DNA from: Sphagnum compactum | Lineage: Eukaryota | Direction: 5' to 3' | Assembly (NCBI GenBank): GCA_965153455.1 | Contig: OZ234493.1 | Span: forward strand, 20,698,213-20,762,212 | DNA length: 64,000 nucleotides | In this document: one piece after another, positions 60,676 through 64,000 of the stretch | How positions within the stretch are numbered: position 1 is the stretch's first letter | Layout: every line of letters starts with the position of its first letter | The notes under the pieces: generated by a model | What the model saw: the letters and a program-made list of their open reading frames with translations, nothing else | What the model was told of the DNA's origin: nothing | Databases searched by the model: none | Translations under genes and position numbers: made by a program

Positions 60676-63499
60676 ATGGTTCTGAGCTTCGCGAAACTCG
60701 CACTATGTAGTAATGCTGCTGTTGCACAGCAGCAGCAGCAGCAGCAGCATCTCTCACTGCCCATTTCTTCGCCCTCTCTTGTTCTCCATTGCACAGCGTG
60801 TGGTGATTCTGGTGCTGCAAGGCGACATACCACTCGCTTGTCCGCCGAGGACGTCCCACTGAGGAGCTTTCAAAACTGGAAGATGCTGGTTTGGAGCATG
60901 CCGCATCATCGTGGCATTGCTTCACGAGCGGGAGGATGCGTGAATCTCAGGAATTGGCAGTTACGGTGCATGGATCCGTCACAAGAGGAGGAGCGAGCGG
61001 AGGCGAGTGGAGAAGGCATAGTGCAGCAGCCACGATCTGAGAGAGTACAACAGCAAGGTGTGGACGGTTTTCAGAGAGCGAAACTTGCTGTGTTTCTATC
61101 AGGAGGAGGCTCTAATTTCCGAGCTCTTCACGCGGCCACTCTACAAAACGCCATCTATGGCGACGTTGTTGTTGTGGTTTCCGATAGACCTGGTATGTAT
61201 TCTTTCTTCCTATGTTTTTTCCCCTTGATCTTTTGCTCCTCTTTTCGCTTCTAGATCTTCAATGGATGTCTCATCGATCAACAGACAGAAAAGGAGTAGT
61301 TATAGATTGCAGAGGTTGCAAAATCAGACCACTCTTTTTTTTCCTTGTTTGCTTACTCCTTAACTTTCTTGTAAATCTTCAATCTGTTGCGTTTTTTTTG
61401 TGTGGCCTAGGTTGCAAAGGTTGCGAATATGCACAGGAGCACAAAATCCCCATTCTTTCATATCCAAAAAACAAGTATGCTCAGGATGGCATTTCTGCAT
61501 CTCAGCTTGTAGATTCTCTGAGGTGTACCTTCATTTCCTTCTTCATCCTTGCTGCTACCTGGAAATGTGATTATCCTTGAATTCTGATATGTGCACTGTA
61601 ATGATGGCATCTCATCTCTGTTTGCTCCTAGGATTCTCTCAGGTGTACCTGCATTTTCCTTCTTCATCCCTACTACCTTCAATCTGGATATGTGAATTTG
61701 TCCCTGACGATTCTGGTTTGGATACATTGTGGTTTTGACACCCATCTGCTGCTATGCTTTGCAGAACAGAGAATGGCCTAACAGTGCTGTTTGTAGGCAC
61801 TCAGGTGTTGATTACATCTTATTGGCTGGCTATTTGAAGATGCTACCCACTGAGCTGGTTCAAGTGTTTCCTCGGGCCATCCTGAACATACATCCTGCTT
61901 TGCTACCTTCATTTGGTGGCAAGGGGTTTTATGGGATGAAAGTGCATGAAGCTGTGATTCGATCTGGTGCCCGGTGAGTTTTTGGGGGTGGAAGTAGAAC
62001 GGTGGGATTATTGCCTTTTCTTCATTGACTCAATATCAGTCGAGCCATAACTCTTCTCTGTTTGACATTTAGCAGCTTCTCTGCTTGACATTTGGTTGCT
62101 TAGGGTAATCTTTTCATACTCGATTATATTGATGAAAAGAAACATTCAGTCATCTTGGAGCTTCTGGTATCTCTATACTTGTATTTTATGATTGTAGACC
62201 TGGGATGAAGATTGCTCTGGTGACCTACAGGGGTTTTTAAAGTCTGATGATGACATTCAGAAGCTGAGTCTAATAGCTGTGTTGGTACCTTGGCAAATCT
62301 TCTAGAACTGGACTGAACCAAGAGTTGTGGATTTTAGCCTAGATTTTTCCGTTCTTTTACCATGAAGTTTCTGAATCTGTAACATAACTTGTTCAACAAA
62401 AGTGGTATTGGCTATGATGACCTACATTTATTTTCACAGTTTGTCTGATAATGATGAACTTGCAATGTCTGAGCCATGTATTGTGGTCCTAAAGTCCAGA
62501 ACCCCAACTGTACATTGAGTGCACAAGTGGTGCTTGAATCTGTAGCATGAACTTGTTCATCAAAAGTGCTATTGGCTATGATGACCTATATGTATTTCAC
62601 AGTTTGTCTGATAATGATGAACTTGCAATGTCTGAGCCATGCATTGTGGTCCTGAAGTCCAGAATCCCAACTGTACGTTGATTGCACAAGCGGAGCTTGA
62701 AGATTTTTCATTGACATGATTGTGTCTTAAGGTGTTTATAGTTAGTTTCACAAGGATAGGAGCTTTGTTTTCCATGTGGAATTGTCAAGGATTCCAGCAT
62801 ACCAGAGCCATTACATCTAAAAGGAAGATCCCACCATACCACCCAGAGATTTACTGTGTTACATTCAACATGATGACTGCAATACATCTGAGCTGCCATA
62901 TTGATGGAAAACACCTGTTTCTAATGTAACTCTTTGGTTGCTGTGGTGTGCACAGATATTCAGGTGCCACAGTGCATTTTGTGGATGAGGAATATGACAG
63001 TGGTCCTATCTTGGCACAGAGGGTAGTGCCAGTACTAGCTTATGATAGCCCCTCGGACTTGGCTGCAAGAGTCCTGAAGCAGGTTTGTTTTCTTCCAAAC
63101 ACCTATCATTGAATCCACATTGCTGATGTTGTAGGTGCAGTTTGACTGCAGTATGCTAACAGAAAGCTGTGAGAGAACAGCATTTGCATGTCTGTATTTG
63201 GGCTTGGACGAAAAACGTGGTGAAGTTGAAGGAAAACTGTAACCAATATTGGGGCTTAGATGTCCAATATCAACTTCCAGTAGGGTGGGCTCCTGGTTAG
63301 TAGAGTTTTTAAGTGTTGTTCAGTATATGTTTCAGTTGTGCAAACACAAACCTCTTGTGGTTGGGGGGTCTGTTTGGCTTTGCAGGAGCATATGTTATAC
63401 ACTGAAGCAGTGGCAGCACTTTGTGAGGATCGTATATTCTGGCGAGAAGATGGTGTCCCTTTAATTCGCAAGTCATGGGATGAGGCAGAATACTTGTAA
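60676..63499 (+). CDS. PUR3: Phosphoribosylglycinamide formyltransferase (GAR transformylase), plastid-targeted, 348 aa; exons 60676-61192, 61411-61522, 61797-61973, 62956-63082, 63386-63499
   Basis: LAVFLSGGGSNF, ILLAGYLK, ILNIHPALLPSFGGKGFYG, SGATVHFVDEEYDSGPILAQ and EH motifs of PurN. Long transit-peptide-like N-terminus containing a CAG/polyQ run. Confidence 0.95.
62195..62272 (+). ncRNA. Candidate intronic box C/D snoRNA 1 (PUR3 intron 3)
   Basis: Terminal stem TAGAC/GTCTA, box C GGGATGA (1 mismatch, 62202), D' CTGA 62244, C' ATGATGA 62247, D CTGA 62264. The D'/C' spacing is atypically tight. Confidence 0.5.
62409..62476 (+). ncRNA. Candidate intronic box C/D snoRNA 2a
   Basis: Stem TGGC/GCCA in K-turn register, perfect box C ATGATGA (62414), D' CTGA (62445), C' ATGATGA (62451), D CTGA (62469). 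Confidence 0.75.
62573..62639 (+). ncRNA. Candidate intronic box C/D snoRNA 2b (tandem paralogue of 2a within a ~164-bp duplication)
   Basis: Same four perfect boxes and TGGC/GCCA stem. Both guide regions are identical to 2a; differences fall between box C and the D' guide. Confidence 0.75.
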
Positions 63500-64000
63500 C
63501 AGTAAGTAGTCAAGAGAATACTTGAAACGCCTCTCCAATTGTAGATCAATTGAACAGTTTTGATACCTTCCCTGCAAATTTTGCTGAGAATATGCACTCT
63601 TGCCAGTCTTTGTGCTTGCCATTTGCGTTCTGGGGAAGACTTTAGTTTTGCTTCCTTTTTAGAGTGTTCATGGAGCTGCATTTTGCTTTTCCCCGTATTG
63701 GCTTGCACCCAGGAGTAGTTCTGAAGGCAATGTGATCCAGAAAAAAAATGCTGGTTCATGAGAAGACAGTTTGCCATCTTCCACTATGCTTATTCAAACA
63801 ATTGAGTTATTCCATAGCTCTGTTTTTTCCCCCTCTCCTTCTAAGTGAGGAGGCTTTGAAGGTGTGTCTGTAAGCTTTGCAGACCCTGCTTGACAGGTAA
63901 GGCATGACCTATATTGTGTGCTAGTTCAAAGAGATAAAAACTTGACAGCAAAAGGTGTTATCAATATTAGCTTCAACCGAACTGTAGGGATTGCAACTGG

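Overview
Eukaryotic (land-plant) nuclear DNA with GT-AG introns. The repeat families and gene style look bryophyte/Sphagnum-like, but that is inference only. Six host genes are supported: the 3' exons of plastid ribosome recycling factor, an intronless LAT/PUT polyamine/amino-acid transporter, a myeloid-leukemia-factor-like gene (-), a TRF-like telobox Myb gene, a PLAC8/cell-number-regulator gene (-) and GAR transformylase (PUR3/purN); the last two are head-to-head. Two transposon islands separate the genes. (i) 3.2-12.6 kb is a decayed hAT element containing a younger, GC-rich, near-intact hAT of an unrelated type, a MITE and a tandem array. (ii) 24-47 kb holds three small non-autonomous Helitrons, a decayed Ty3/gypsy LTR element with an inverted RT segment, a solo-LTR-like insert, and a 3.95-kb Helitron carrying captured fragments of several host genes (OPT x3, ADP/ATP carrier, unidentified exons). 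The most notable unannotated signals are a cluster of three box C/D snoRNA-like units in PUR3 intron 3, the gene-capturing Helitron, and the compositionally foreign hAT. All calls come from reading the sequence by eye; no database searches were run.
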